The position numbers and the translations under genes were made by a program. Of a stretch of 64,000 nucleotides of DNA, positions 19,459 through 29,510 are shown in pieces. The notes beneath the pieces were generated by a model, which saw only the letters and a program-made list of their open reading frames with translations, was not told the DNA's origin and searched no databases. The stretch is from UHGV virus genome UHGV-0076293; one strand, given 5' to 3'. Position 1 is the stretch's first letter. Each line of letters starts with the position of its first letter. This stretch comes from a virus.

Positions 19459-19764
19459 ATGATTAAATATGTTGTTATTAATGTAAACTACGAACGTAGT
19501 CCACGTTTTCGCTTCGAATTACCTGAAACCGAAGCAACCATGGAGTTTAATCGCTACTTTTTACAGCATTCAAACACCAAAGTCAATCGCGGTAGATACT
19601 GGCTTATCTACTATAATGCACGTAATGAGTTATTGGAAGCCGTTAAGAAATCAGGTCAGTCAGAACTGTTAGCGAAACTGATGGCGTTTGATAACGATCC
19701 TTTAGCGATAGGAATTATGTTAGACCTTGTTATTAATAAAGACCATATAGCATGGTCCGATTAA
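19459..19764 (+). CDS. hypothetical protein (101 aa)
   Basis: GAGGGAATGAGG RBS region; preceded by a degenerate copy of the promoter motif. Confidence 0.65.
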   Translation: MIKYVVINVNYERSPRFRFELPETEATMEFNRYFLQHSNTKVNRGRYWLIYYNARNELLEAVKKSGQSELLAKLMAFDNDPLAIGIMLDLVINKDHIAWSD

Positions 19765-19783
19765 AGAAAAGCTACTCCGACCC

Positions 19784-19822
19784 CAGAAGGGTCGGAGTAA
19801 GCTCGAATTAATTTTTTTTTTG
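19784..19822. terminator. bidirectional intrinsic terminator between convergent genes
   Basis: CTCCGACC-CCAGAAGG-GTCGGAG hairpin flanked by an A-rich stretch on the left and T10 on the right. Confidence 0.65.
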
Positions 19823-19826
19823 CTAT

Positions 19827-22544
19827 TTAGAGAGTTTCATCGGTGTTGTCATCTGCACCGGTATCCGTCTCGTCTGTGCCTTCAGTTGAAACGTCTTCTT
19901 CCGTTGTCGTATCGGTTTCCGTCGTTTCGTCATCAGTCATGTCCAAGTCTTCATCACCGCCCAGATCGTCACCACCTAAGTCCTCATCGCCTCCTAAGCC
20001 GCCGTCGTCTTCAGAGCCGCCACCGAAGTCGCTACCCCCGCCGAAGTTATTGGCGTCCTCAGGATTCAGATCAGCTGCTTTTGCCAATGTTTCGACTTTC
20101 CCTGTTACACGTTTTGCTAACTGAATCAATGTCTTAGACGCAGAAGCAATTTCGTCAGAGATCATCTTCACATTTTCACCGCGTTTCTCTTCATCGTAAA
20201 TCAGGTCGAACATATCGTTCTCAATGCCCTGATTACGTAGCCAGTGGCGCGCGTAGAAGGTCTTAACCATCGTCTTGAGGTCATCAGGCGACATTTCAAT
20301 ACCTTCGTTCTGAAGCATATTAGCAATGTCATCCGTGACCACCAGATCTGCAAGTTTCTCGATAAATTCATAGCGTTTATCGAAGAGATCAGCTTGAGAT
20401 GCTGTTGCAGAAGTATCAGGCGGTGGCAAGGTGACCTTCATACCGTTGATAAACTTCGCCATATACTCTGACGTTTGTTTTGTCATCTCTTCGCTAGATA
20501 CATTCGGATTCTGCTCACGGATATACTCAACGATAATACGGATGAGTTCTGCTTGCAGTTTCGGTGAAGCTTGCAGACTGTTTGTAACGTAGCGCGTAAG
20601 CGGGGTTGAGAGGATTTCCTGTTTCTTCACAATCTGTTGAGTAACCAACAGCGATTTAGAATAAATCTGAGAAGCAAACTCCAGGTTCTCCGGGGTAAGT
20701 ACAAGGTCAGGATCAACACACGCGATGTGACACGTACGGCGTAACAGGTTCTCGTCAATTTGTTGATCAGGAACTTTATACTCCGGCGTGGTATCAGACA
20801 CAGACACTTTGTGGCTGGCGTAGTAATCGTTACCCGTTACGTTAAAGGCAATCCCCGCGTTAGCTCCCATTGCCCAAGCATCGTTAATATCCCCCCACAT
20901 CGGTAAACGACGGTTGTAGGAGTTAAGGATATCCGATTTGGTTTGGTCGACAGTTTTTTGACCGTTTGCATCATCTGGTGATAGCTCAATGTCGTACTGC
21001 ATGTGACGTGCCGAGTTCAGTACAGATGAGTTCATTGTCGCAAACAACAGCGCCATCCTGACGGTGGAGATGATAAAGGAGCGTTCAGTGATAGAAACCC
21101 CGATACCGTCTTCGTTAAAATCCGTTGCAAAATAGCATAGGTTATTAACCGGAATGTAAACCACCTGAGTATGACGTTTTGCGAGATGACGCGCTAACAG
21201 AATACGACCGAATGTTTCGGTAATATTCATGCTGATTTCTGCGCCACCTAGTGCCTGACTTAATGCGCGGGCAAATTCGTTTTCAGCGATTTCACCGCAA
21301 CGTGTACTTAAACGGTTGGCGATTTCCGGGGTAATGCGAGAAGTGTTCCCTAGGCCCAGATTAGAACGGTTAATGATGCTGTCCGTCATCCCGTCGTTAT
21401 TCAGGTAGTTCATAAAGTTCGCATCGCCGTACAGCGAGGAGCGAGCATTGATGAAGTTACCCATGTCATCTACGATGGTCAGATAACCGATAGGGTTACG
21501 AACGTCATCGCCAATTACCAGTGGCAGCGTTGACTCTGCGGGCAGTAAACGTTCGATGTATTCGATTTTGTTATTCTCATCCATTGAGATAATAGGAATA
21601 TCACCGTACGTTTGTGTTTTCGGTGTTGACTTATACGCCTCGTTTAAATCACCCAAGTTAATGAACCCTTTTTCAGCGGCGTCACGCTGACGGTCATCGA
21701 AAGATTGGTTAGGGTCGAACGGACTGCCACCGTTTGGTGTAGACGGCTTTTCATATGCGGCTTGCTCTAATTGCCCGTACAATCCCGTACGTGCGTTCTC
21801 ATGCGCAATACGACGATACAAATCTGGCAGCATGGTAATGCGCGGGTTATCGGTAATCGTGATTTCCATCTGGAATTTATCCGAGAACATCGAATCGTGC
21901 TTACCGAAATCGATTTTCAACGTCTGAGGACCAGTAACGGCTCCGTGTAAACGGTTGAGAATTGATTCCACACCAACTCGCTGCCCTTCTTTCGGCGCAT
22001 TAATAGGCCCGAGAATACCAAGCTGTTGTTCGAAGAACGCCGTTTGGGAACGACGAACAGATTCAGTAGCGACCTTTGTATTCAGACCGAATAATTGGTC
22101 GAAGCCGGTATCCGAGATTATCATCACTGGACTTGCGCCTTTGGTTTTTAACGCATCGTAAATCCACTGATATAATTTCTTAGGTAGCTGACGAATGTTA
22201 TCGTGATAATCACGGGTCGGTGTCAGTAGTGCGTTACGCAGATCGATGGGGATGTCCGCGATGTTGTCGTAAATCAACGTCGTGTTGATTAAGTCTTTTG
22301 TTGATAGCAGGCTCGAAGTTGCAATAGTAACGATTGTTTCGAGTTCAGGTAACGCATCAAAGATACGTTCCGCATTTTTGATAGTACGAATACGTGAACT
22401 CGCAATTGCCGTGAGTTCTTGACGTGTTGGCGTAGAACCACCCTCGCTACGCGTACCGCGTTGTTGCTGAGGTGCTGGGCCCGTAGTTTTACGAAGAATT
22501 GCAGCTACGGCGGGGTCGCCCGTTAATTTACTAATATCGTCCAT
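19827..22544 (-). CDS. large protein (905 aa) with acidic Gly-rich C-terminal tail; possible head/portal-class protein
   Basis: long minus-strand ORF; C-terminal ~80 aa are FGGGSD/DLGGDED repeats plus a D/E/T-rich tail; functional class not verifiable from sequence. Confidence 0.7.
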   Translation of the reverse strand: MDDISKLTGDPAVAAILRKTTGPAPQQQRGTRSEGGSTPTRQELTAIASSRIRTIKNAERIFDALPELETIVTIATSSLLSTKDLINTTLIYDNIADIPIDLRNALLTPTRDYHDNIRQLPKKLYQWIYDALKTKGASPVMIISDTGFDQLFGLNTKVATESVRRSQTAFFEQQLGILGPINAPKEGQRVGVESILNRLHGAVTGPQTLKIDFGKHDSMFSDKFQMEITITDNPRITMLPDLYRRIAHENARTGLYGQLEQAAYEKPSTPNGGSPFDPNQSFDDRQRDAAEKGFINLGDLNEAYKSTPKTQTYGDIPIISMDENNKIEYIERLLPAESTLPLVIGDDVRNPIGYLTIVDDMGNFINARSSLYGDANFMNYLNNDGMTDSIINRSNLGLGNTSRITPEIANRLSTRCGEIAENEFARALSQALGGAEISMNITETFGRILLARHLAKRHTQVVYIPVNNLCYFATDFNEDGIGVSITERSFIISTVRMALLFATMNSSVLNSARHMQYDIELSPDDANGQKTVDQTKSDILNSYNRRLPMWGDINDAWAMGANAGIAFNVTGNDYYASHKVSVSDTTPEYKVPDQQIDENLLRRTCHIACVDPDLVLTPENLEFASQIYSKSLLVTQQIVKKQEILSTPLTRYVTNSLQASPKLQAELIRIIVEYIREQNPNVSSEEMTKQTSEYMAKFINGMKVTLPPPDTSATASQADLFDKRYEFIEKLADLVVTDDIANMLQNEGIEMSPDDLKTMVKTFYARHWLRNQGIENDMFDLIYDEEKRGENVKMISDEIASASKTLIQLAKRVTGKVETLAKAADLNPEDANNFGGGSDFGGGSEDDGGLGGDEDLGGDDLGGDEDLDMTDDETTETDTTTEEDVSTEGTDETDTGADDNTDETL

Positions 22545-22555
22545 TGGGGTCTCCG

Positions 22556-24739
22556 ATGCAGAGATTTAACATATTTCGTGAACAGAACATCGCGTTGGCG
22601 AAATCACTGATTATTAAATCAGAATCAATCGCACAACAGATGAATCTGGCAATAACCGAGAACGGCGGTTTCGTTTCCGATAACCGAAGTACGTGGCGAT
22701 ACTACCTGCATTTAGCAGGACAACGTCACGAATGGGATAAGCCCATTTACATAACGTCGCTCGACACGCAAGAGCAGATAGAATTAACGACAGCCAACCT
22801 GTCCCGTCATAAAAAGACCTCAAACGTATTTCGTTCGAACGGCGAGTACATTGAGGAGCTGATCAGAACGTATCCTGACTACGCGATTTATATCCGAGGT
22901 GTGTTTAATCCGGTGGATATAAACTACGCCATCCGTGTGGCTGATTGTTCTATTCTCTATTACGACAGTTCATTAGTGGAGTCGCAAGAGACGTCACTGA
23001 TGTCGAGATTGGAAGACAGAATAAGGGCAGCTCACGTTCGCTATATGTCAGAAGGGTGGAAAGTTCACAACGATGCGTTCGTGTTAGCATTCTACTGTAT
23101 TCTGTATCCGCAGCTACCCGGCATTATCGGCTATATCCGTTCTTCTTTACAGCATACCACGGAAACACACTCGTTTTACGTGACAGAGTTCTTAGCATCG
23201 CACCAAGAACTTCACGAGTTTATGCCGTATCTGACCCAGAAACAGAAATTCATTCTTTATCGGAACATTCGTTACTGGGAACGTAACTCAGGGAAAGAGG
23301 AGATTTTCGACTGGCAGATTGATGCTTTGCTGACAGGTTGGGGGATGCCTGCGGTTGGGTATAATGTTGCACAACAGATACACGAACCGAAGGATGATGA
23401 CGACTCCACGTTAACACCGTTACCGATTGGTTATCAGCAATCGCTTAACTATACGGAAAAGGATTCTGGTCGAGACCTTGACATTGTAACGACGACGGAC
23501 ATTATCCAGAAGGAAGTCGCGTTAGCGTACAATAACCCGGCGTACGAACCGGAGTATCAGGAAGACTTAGATACCCGTTTAAGTTTAACGCAATACCCTA
23601 ACCTGAAAACCAAACTCATTGAAGTTACAGCAGTCGACCCAGAAGCGATTGAGCGCTTCGAGTATCTGCATAACCTCTTTAACGAATGGGTACATCTCGT
23701 CGCGAAAGGGAAATACAACATTTACCACGAGATTCTTAACCCAACAAACGGGGATACCCTAAAGCTTAGCTCAAAAGAGTTACTGGCGCTGTTCTTGTAC
23801 GCGGCGTATAAAGGGTATTCTGACGTTGCGTTAGAAGAGATTCCTGTGTTCAACGTGTTCGGGGTGTTAATCAAACGCTGGGTTTCGTTCGATGAAATGG
23901 AACAACATTTAATTCCGAGTTGGGAAAACCGTTTCGATGCGTTGATTAACTATTATACCGATACACACACAGAAGTCGTCGGAACGATTCTTAGTGCTGA
24001 TGAACTTTACGACACGGTTAATGAAATCATTACCCAGAAACGTCGTCGTTGGCGTTATAGTCAAAACCGACGTAAGATTCCTGACCGTGCAGCGGGCTTG
24101 ATGCTGTTTAACTACCATTACCGTGATTATCGTTGCGATTTAAAACTGAACTATCGTAATTACGATGAGTTCTTTAAAACGTTTGGGTTAGATTATACGT
24201 TGGTTTCGGCGGAGACGTGGCAAGATATTGCTATTGACGCATTTAACACCGCAACTAACCTGGAAACCCGCGCAACGATTTCACAGTCTGAGATTCAGCG
24301 TGCGATGGTACGTCTGATGACGAAGTTGTCATCCTACACCGTACATTTTGCTGCACGAATGGGGTCAGATTCTTACGACGTTATGGACCCGCTCTGTCCT
24401 ATCTTAGGGGATATCCCTATGAGTGGGGAGGGGTCGGTTACCATTATTGAACCCCTCTTAGGCGTACAGCAAGTTACGCGTCACCAGTATATATCCACCG
24501 ACACTGTGTTACCGGCAGCGCCTGTTATTAAAGAACTGTCGATGCCGCAGCACATCAAACTCAGGATGAACATTTACATGGGCATCCGAGTGAAAGTAAC
24601 ACAGCAGGTTGTGGTGGATATTAACGAGCCGACTACCGGGGTTGTTAAAGTGAAATCTTCGCTTGACGATTGGACGTTAAACGAACAGGTGAAAATTAAC
24701 GATCTTGACGGCTTCACGCTTGACCAGCTACCTAAGTGA
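22556..24739 (+). CDS. hypothetical protein (about 727 aa)
   Basis: ORF track starts at a TTG at 22544; the first ATG is at 22556; start lies 12 nt from the divergent minus-strand gene start. Confidence 0.7.
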   Translation: MQRFNIFREQNIALAKSLIIKSESIAQQMNLAITENGGFVSDNRSTWRYYLHLAGQRHEWDKPIYITSLDTQEQIELTTANLSRHKKTSNVFRSNGEYIEELIRTYPDYAIYIRGVFNPVDINYAIRVADCSILYYDSSLVESQETSLMSRLEDRIRAAHVRYMSEGWKVHNDAFVLAFYCILYPQLPGIIGYIRSSLQHTTETHSFYVTEFLASHQELHEFMPYLTQKQKFILYRNIRYWERNSGKEEIFDWQIDALLTGWGMPAVGYNVAQQIHEPKDDDDSTLTPLPIGYQQSLNYTEKDSGRDLDIVTTTDIIQKEVALAYNNPAYEPEYQEDLDTRLSLTQYPNLKTKLIEVTAVDPEAIERFEYLHNLFNEWVHLVAKGKYNIYHEILNPTNGDTLKLSSKELLALFLYAAYKGYSDVALEEIPVFNVFGVLIKRWVSFDEMEQHLIPSWENRFDALINYYTDTHTEVVGTILSADELYDTVNEIITQKRRRWRYSQNRRKIPDRAAGLMLFNYHYRDYRCDLKLNYRNYDEFFKTFGLDYTLVSAETWQDIAIDAFNTATNLETRATISQSEIQRAMVRLMTKLSSYTVHFAARMGSDSYDVMDPLCPILGDIPMSGEGSVTIIEPLLGVQQVTRHQYISTDTVLPAAPVIKELSMPQHIKLRMNIYMGIRVKVTQQVVVDINEPTTGVVKVKSSLDDWTLNEQVKINDLDGFTLDQLPK

Positions 24740-24746
24740 GAAAACC

Positions 24747-25274
24747 ATGGCATATCGCGTCGACTTAACGAAAACTCCGAAACAAATTCTGGTAGATCGT
24801 ATTAACTACGTTTTCGGGGTATCCTATACCACTGACAACATCGATTTTAACGATAAAGGTGTGCAACCACTGACAAAAGATGAAGCCCGTCGTTACGGAC
24901 TGGAATCGAAAGTGGCTGCTGACTTTAAAAACGGTGTTGCAGGGAACCAGGAATTTATCTTAACCCGTGTTGACCTGGCAACGTTCTTAGCTGACGAACC
25001 GGTTACGGTACCGAAAGGCGAAGTAACCAGCAGCCAAGAACTGGCAGACTATATCGTTGCTCAGACCGGTATTGATTTGACTGAAGACGACATTATGATC
25101 GAGCCTATCAGTGAGGAACTCGATTCTTATGATGTTCGCTTAGTCCCGAATCACTTATCTTTTAAAGGAACGATTCCGGTCGTATTTACTGACCCCACAC
25201 CACGTACGTTGGCGTCTCTCGTGACGAAACTTGCGCTGGACGGGTTCCGCCCTGGAGAATTAATCAATGTCTAA
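24747..25274 (+). CDS. hypothetical protein (175 aa)
   Basis: first ATG of the ORF, 8 nt after the upstream stop. Confidence 0.65.
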   Translation: MAYRVDLTKTPKQILVDRINYVFGVSYTTDNIDFNDKGVQPLTKDEARRYGLESKVAADFKNGVAGNQEFILTRVDLATFLADEPVTVPKGEVTSSQELADYIVAQTGIDLTEDDIMIEPISEELDSYDVRLVPNHLSFKGTIPVVFTDPTPRTLASLVTKLALDGFRPGELINV

Positions 25275-26154
25275 TGTCAAAGTTTACGACGGTAAACTCT
25301 CGACGGTAACACTTAATGCGATGCGTCTGGCTACCGCATTAATTACCGGTGCCGATGTGCAATACCCACAGAAGTCCACACTGAATGAGTTTTATAAGCT
25401 CATGCAAACTCCAGTGCCGGACGGTAAAGCACGTCCCCATTTGCAGTACATGGCGATTGGTAACCGTGGCCACATGGTCGACACATCAGATGTTGTTGCT
25501 GATGTTGTTCCTGTAGCTAAAGAACCTATCGCGTCCGGGATGTTTTCACGCGTTCCGTTTGTCCTGCGTACTAAAGACAACGATTTGTCTGATGAACAGC
25601 GTAAGAACTACGCTTTCCGTACTCTGGAAACCATCAACAAACGTGAGTATTGGGCGTACTATTTAAAACGCATTGACATGCGTGCAGTAAAAACTACCGA
25701 CTACGACATTAAGCGTGAGAACGGTGTTGAAACTGTAGAAGACTTTGTTTATACGGATACTGAACTGAACCCGGTACCGAAAGTGTTGCCGGACTACGAT
25801 TACGACGATGACGGTACCGTTGCAATTCCTGATGGCCGTTATGTGGAATCAGGCGCAGACCTGGTTATTCCGTGGACGGACTTTGACGTTCAGGAGTACA
25901 TGAACGTGACCAGCATTATGCGCGGTAGCCCTCGTAGTTCGATTATCTCTGAACTGGCACTGTGCTCTGGTTTAGACCAGGTAACGTCCGGTGACTCTGC
26001 CACAGGTTCGAAGTTCAGCTACACTGAAGCTATCGGTGTACAAGCCCTGTATTACATTTCGATGTTTACTAACCTGGCGCAGACGAACGATAAGCTGTCA
26101 CTGACAATCCGTATCGGTCAACCTGCACCGTTCTTCTTAGGGACAGCGAATTAA
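25267..26154 (+). CDS. hypothetical protein (295 aa)
   Basis: overlaps upstream stop; TAATG overlap with the downstream gene. Confidence 0.7.
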   Translation: MSNVKVYDGKLSTVTLNAMRLATALITGADVQYPQKSTLNEFYKLMQTPVPDGKARPHLQYMAIGNRGHMVDTSDVVADVVPVAKEPIASGMFSRVPFVLRTKDNDLSDEQRKNYAFRTLETINKREYWAYYLKRIDMRAVKTTDYDIKRENGVETVEDFVYTDTELNPVPKVLPDYDYDDDGTVAIPDGRYVESGADLVIPWTDFDVQEYMNVTSIMRGSPRSSIISELALCSGLDQVTSGDSATGSKFSYTEAIGVQALYYISMFTNLAQTNDKLSLTIRIGQPAPFFLGTAN

Positions 26155-26798
26155 TGTTGATTCCTGAGCCGAGACTTCCCGATAAGATGGTCAGGATCGC
26201 GGCGATAGACCCCGGTACGAGCCATCTCGGGATGGCGGTGCTGGATTGGGAATATGGCAGCGACCAAGCCGAAGTGGTGTGGGCTGATACCATGCACGTA
26301 TTAGACCCAACACATCCAAGTGCGTTTGCAGAGTGTGTCGGTAAACGCGACGATCGCTTAGTAAAACTCGAAGCGTGCTACCGTGAGTTTCTTCGGATTG
26401 CGCGTCCGACGTTTGTTGCAACAGAAACGCCGTTTATGCGGCGGGCAAAACTCTCCGCGTACGAATCTGGCGTAGAGTTACAGCTGATGTTAAGACGAGC
26501 GTTATGGGACGTGTTTCCAGAGAAGGTGCTACACGGGTTCAATCCGATTATTGTAAAATCATTCGTTGGTGTGGAAGCGAAAGGAACGGACAAAACAGAT
26601 ATGTTTCGTGCCGTAACGAAGTTGTATCGCGACCACGCGTTGTTTGACATTACAACGTTGGATGAGCACAGTATCGATGCCGTGGCGGTGGGGAATATCT
26701 TTGTCAGGGTAAACCTGTTAAACTTGAATAGTCTCCTACCGCCAAAACAAAAGTCTGCTAAGACAGCAAAACGGCGGAGAAGACGTCGGAGGAAATAG
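26154..26798 (+). CDS. RuvC-like Holliday junction resolvase with poly-Arg tail
   Basis: motifs IAAIDPGTSHLG, ATETPFM and DEHSIDAVAVG align with the RuvC catalytic motifs (GIDPG, AIEQVFM, DAADALAIA); C-terminal KRRRRRRRK. Confidence 0.7.
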   Translation: MLIPEPRLPDKMVRIAAIDPGTSHLGMAVLDWEYGSDQAEVVWADTMHVLDPTHPSAFAECVGKRDDRLVKLEACYREFLRIARPTFVATETPFMRRAKLSAYESGVELQLMLRRALWDVFPEKVLHGFNPIIVKSFVGVEAKGTDKTDMFRAVTKLYRDHALFDITTLDEHSIDAVAVGNIFVRVNLLNLNSLLPPKQKSAKTAKRRRRRRRK

Positions 26799-26800
26799 CG

Positions 26801-27379
26801 ATGTCGCAACCAACACAAGACGTGTCAGCAGCAATTCTTGACATTCTTATCCAAGCAGGGAACAGAAAGTTAAGTAAAGAGCAGTCCGAAGAACTGTCTA
26901 AGATTCTCAAAGACAACTTCGGTGACGAAGTCTCTGTAGACGTAACACGGTCGGGTACAAAGATTCTGTCGGAGTTACGTCCAACGCTTCTTGAGAACCT
27001 TGGAAAGATGGCGGAAAACTTTCAGCAGCAAGCCACAAATGCTGTAGAGAGTTTAGGTGACGAAGTAAGCAAAGAAACGATGTTGACACTGTGGCCGAAA
27101 CTTGCTGGCGCACAGAAGTTCATTATTGTTCTGCTTGCATTCGCCACTGTTGTCGTGACAGGCTTCTTAGCGTACGACACTCATCAGAACTTTCCAAAAG
27201 ACAGCATGGAAGTGTTGTTTGTATCCTTACTTCCGCTGTTCGGATTGGTAGTGTTCGCAACGTGGCCAATTAAAACATTGGCTTACAAGTCGTTGGAGAT
27301 TGCTACCAAAGTTGTCGAGAAGAAACTTGAGAAATCAGGTCAGGTCATCGCGAAGACAGAAACAAAGACAACGAAATAA
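26801..27379 (+). CDS. membrane protein, two predicted TM helices
   Basis: hydrophobic segments FIIVLLAFATVVVTGFLAY and VLFVSLLPLFGLVVFATWPI. Confidence 0.7.
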   Translation: MSQPTQDVSAAILDILIQAGNRKLSKEQSEELSKILKDNFGDEVSVDVTRSGTKILSELRPTLLENLGKMAENFQQQATNAVESLGDEVSKETMLTLWPKLAGAQKFIIVLLAFATVVVTGFLAYDTHQNFPKDSMEVLFVSLLPLFGLVVFATWPIKTLAYKSLEIATKVVEKKLEKSGQVIAKTETKTTK

Positions 27380-27383
27380 AACC

Positions 27384-27420
27384 AACCTCTACCTTCGGGT
27401 AGAGGTTTTCTTCTTTTTAT
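27384..27420 (+). terminator. intrinsic terminator
   Basis: ACCTCTACC-TTCG-GGTAGAGGT followed by a T-rich stretch. Confidence 0.75.
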
Positions 27421-27467
27421 TTTACAATTTTTGATCATACTGTGAGACTTCTAGCGAGGAGATTTAG

Positions 27468-28154
27468 ATGAAGGAATTGCAATTAAGAAAGCGTACTACT
27501 CTTATCCCCCTTAAGGAACTAAAACAGTGTCCCGTTTTCTACTCACCGAAAGATCACCTAGATTTATCTAAAGAGAAAAAGATTATTATTTCTGCCTTCC
27601 GAGAAGTAATCAATCTTCGTTATTTCGCGGCACCAATGGATTGTGCTATCGAACATGCTATGTTGGATGGAAGAACGTCGCTTACAGTTTACGATTTGTT
27701 AGAAGAAAAGAATATCGGTATTGAAACTGGTATACTGAGAGTAAACAAAAATGAGTTATTAGAAAGTCAAAAACAACTAATGACAGGTGTTCAATTACTC
27801 TTAGAGCAATATGGCTTCTATTCGGAAAAACCAACTTCTGCGGTATCTACGCAACCCATCATCTGTGACCATGGGTTTGAGGTAGAATGGAAAACAATTC
27901 GAGGGCAAGATTTTATTTTAATACATTGGTTCGTTCCCTATCTTTGGAAAGAGCGTACCACAGTTTATGCTTTACTTGAATTCGCTGTCTACTGGAGCAT
28001 TTATAAAAAAGAACGTGCTACTGCAATGAAAACGGTAATGACCACGCCGTTAAATCAACTTTTTACCTCTGGGTTAGAAACAGATTTTAACGAACTATGT
28101 ACAACTATTTTCAAGATGGAGTATGGCTATGCACCAGTTGGATATAACCGCTGA
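27468..28154 (+). CDS. hypothetical protein (228 aa)
   Basis: GAGGAG RBS. Confidence 0.7.
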   Translation: MKELQLRKRTTLIPLKELKQCPVFYSPKDHLDLSKEKKIIISAFREVINLRYFAAPMDCAIEHAMLDGRTSLTVYDLLEEKNIGIETGILRVNKNELLESQKQLMTGVQLLLEQYGFYSEKPTSAVSTQPIICDHGFEVEWKTIRGQDFILIHWFVPYLWKERTTVYALLEFAVYWSIYKKERATAMKTVMTTPLNQLFTSGLETDFNELCTTIFKMEYGYAPVGYNR

Positions 28155-28605
28155 TAAAATCTCCGCTAAATTTCCACAATTACGTGAATACATCAACGAC
28201 TTAAATTCAATTCGGGAAACACCGGTTAGAATTACGTTAGCAGTTGAAGATGATATTACTCACGGTATTGCGATCTGGGAGCCGGGTAATCTTATTTATC
28301 TGGTGGTGGCGGAAGGTTCTCGACGTTTCGGTGTTGGTTCGTTTTTATTGCAATACGTTCAATTGAATTCCGATCGTCAAATGGTGACGTGCCGTGTCCA
28401 CCCTTCGAACATTGACGGCCTGTGTTTCTTTTCGAAAAAGGGCTACCAGATTGACCGTTGGTATATCGCCAGCGACTCTCGTCGGTATTTTCGTATGACG
28501 AACGGTAACGTTGTTTCGTCATACGCCCCGCCGGAAGAAGGATATTTGGTGGATTTTATCGAAAACACGCCCATCTTTCTCTCTGTTGCGGATAAAATTT
28601 ATTAA
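28123..28605 (+). CDS. GNAT-fold acetyltransferase-like protein
   Basis: acetyl-CoA binding motif-like RRFGVGSFLL; start may be the in-frame ATG at 28129. Confidence 0.5.
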   Translation: MAMHQLDITADKISAKFPQLREYINDLNSIRETPVRITLAVEDDITHGIAIWEPGNLIYLVVAEGSRRFGVGSFLLQYVQLNSDRQMVTCRVHPSNIDGLCFFSKKGYQIDRWYIASDSRRYFRMTNGNVVSSYAPPEEGYLVDFIENTPIFLSVADKIY

Positions 28606-28621
28606 CCGTTGAGAGTCTAAA

Positions 28622-29098
28622 ATGATACGTGTCGAATATGAGACGCGGTGCTTAGAAGACAATCGAGCAAAAGCATTACGTTGTGTTGAAATCGTCCCCG
28701 CACACGAACTGGATATTCAAGCTGGTAAGGTTCGGGGCGTTCCGGTTAAGATCGTACAACACAGCCATTGTTCGCAATATAAAGAGAAAGCTGTCCCAGT
28801 AGTACGTTCCAGTAAACGAGAAGACTTTTCAGAACTCCGTAAGTGTTTTCAACGACACTACCGCCGGAGTAAATGGAAGGTGTTGGTATTAATGTTAGTC
28901 GACGATTTCATTAAAGACCTGGTTTGGGAAGAAGTGCTTAAAGAGCGTGGTTTTCAACCCAAACCGTTCTCGTATCACTGGGAACGTTTCAAAAAGAAAT
29001 ACCACGAGTCATTGCGTTGGTCTCCGAACACACGGAATATGATGCCACGTTTGGAATCAATGCCTTGGCTTCGTGTTTATCTCGATGAGGTAAACTGA
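28622..29098 (+). CDS. hypothetical protein (158 aa)
   Basis: ORF with ATGA-type coupling to the downstream gene. Confidence 0.65.
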   Translation: MIRVEYETRCLEDNRAKALRCVEIVPAHELDIQAGKVRGVPVKIVQHSHCSQYKEKAVPVVRSSKREDFSELRKCFQRHYRRSKWKVLVLMLVDDFIKDLVWEEVLKERGFQPKPFSYHWERFKKKYHESLRWSPNTRNMMPRLESMPWLRVYLDEVN

Positions 29099-29487
29099 TG
29101 AAACGTTTTATTACTCCCTTTCTAATGTTACTTTCGTTTTCCGTATTAGCGGATTTTAAACCTTACGATATCAGTCGTTACGAACCCGCTGTTCCTGGCG
29201 ATAAACCGGTTGTGTTTAAAGCAGGTGACCAACCCGTCACTGTGGTTCAAAACGATGAGTTTGCAGTGGTGAACTACGGCAAAACGGAGTTATGCCCTGC
29301 GGGTGGATTTTATCTGGTGAACATCAAACGTCGGACTTACCAGTTTGTTGATCCGGGTAGCTGCTCTGCAACGGTTAAGGTAACGTTAGAAACCGTACCT
29401 TACACGAATAAAAACATTAATATACAACGTTTAACCTTTTATGCGGGTGATGAAATCACAGCACGTTATCCGTTATACGGGTATTAG
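29098..29487 (+). CDS. secreted/periplasmic protein with signal peptide
   Basis: N-terminal MKRFITPFLMLLSFSVLA signal-peptide-like segment. Confidence 0.65.
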   Translation: MKRFITPFLMLLSFSVLADFKPYDISRYEPAVPGDKPVVFKAGDQPVTVVQNDEFAVVNYGKTELCPAGGFYLVNIKRRTYQFVDPGSCSATVKVTLETVPYTNKNINIQRLTFYAGDEITARYPLYGY

Positions 29488-29510
29488 TGATTAGCCCCCA
29501 CGGAGTTCGT

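Noticed and set aside
19820-20137. Two plus-strand ORFs (19820-20137 and 19843-20124) encoding Ser/Pro/Arg-rich peptides
   Set aside because: They mirror the repetitive acidic tail of the minus-strand 905-aa gene: repeats keep the opposite frames open.
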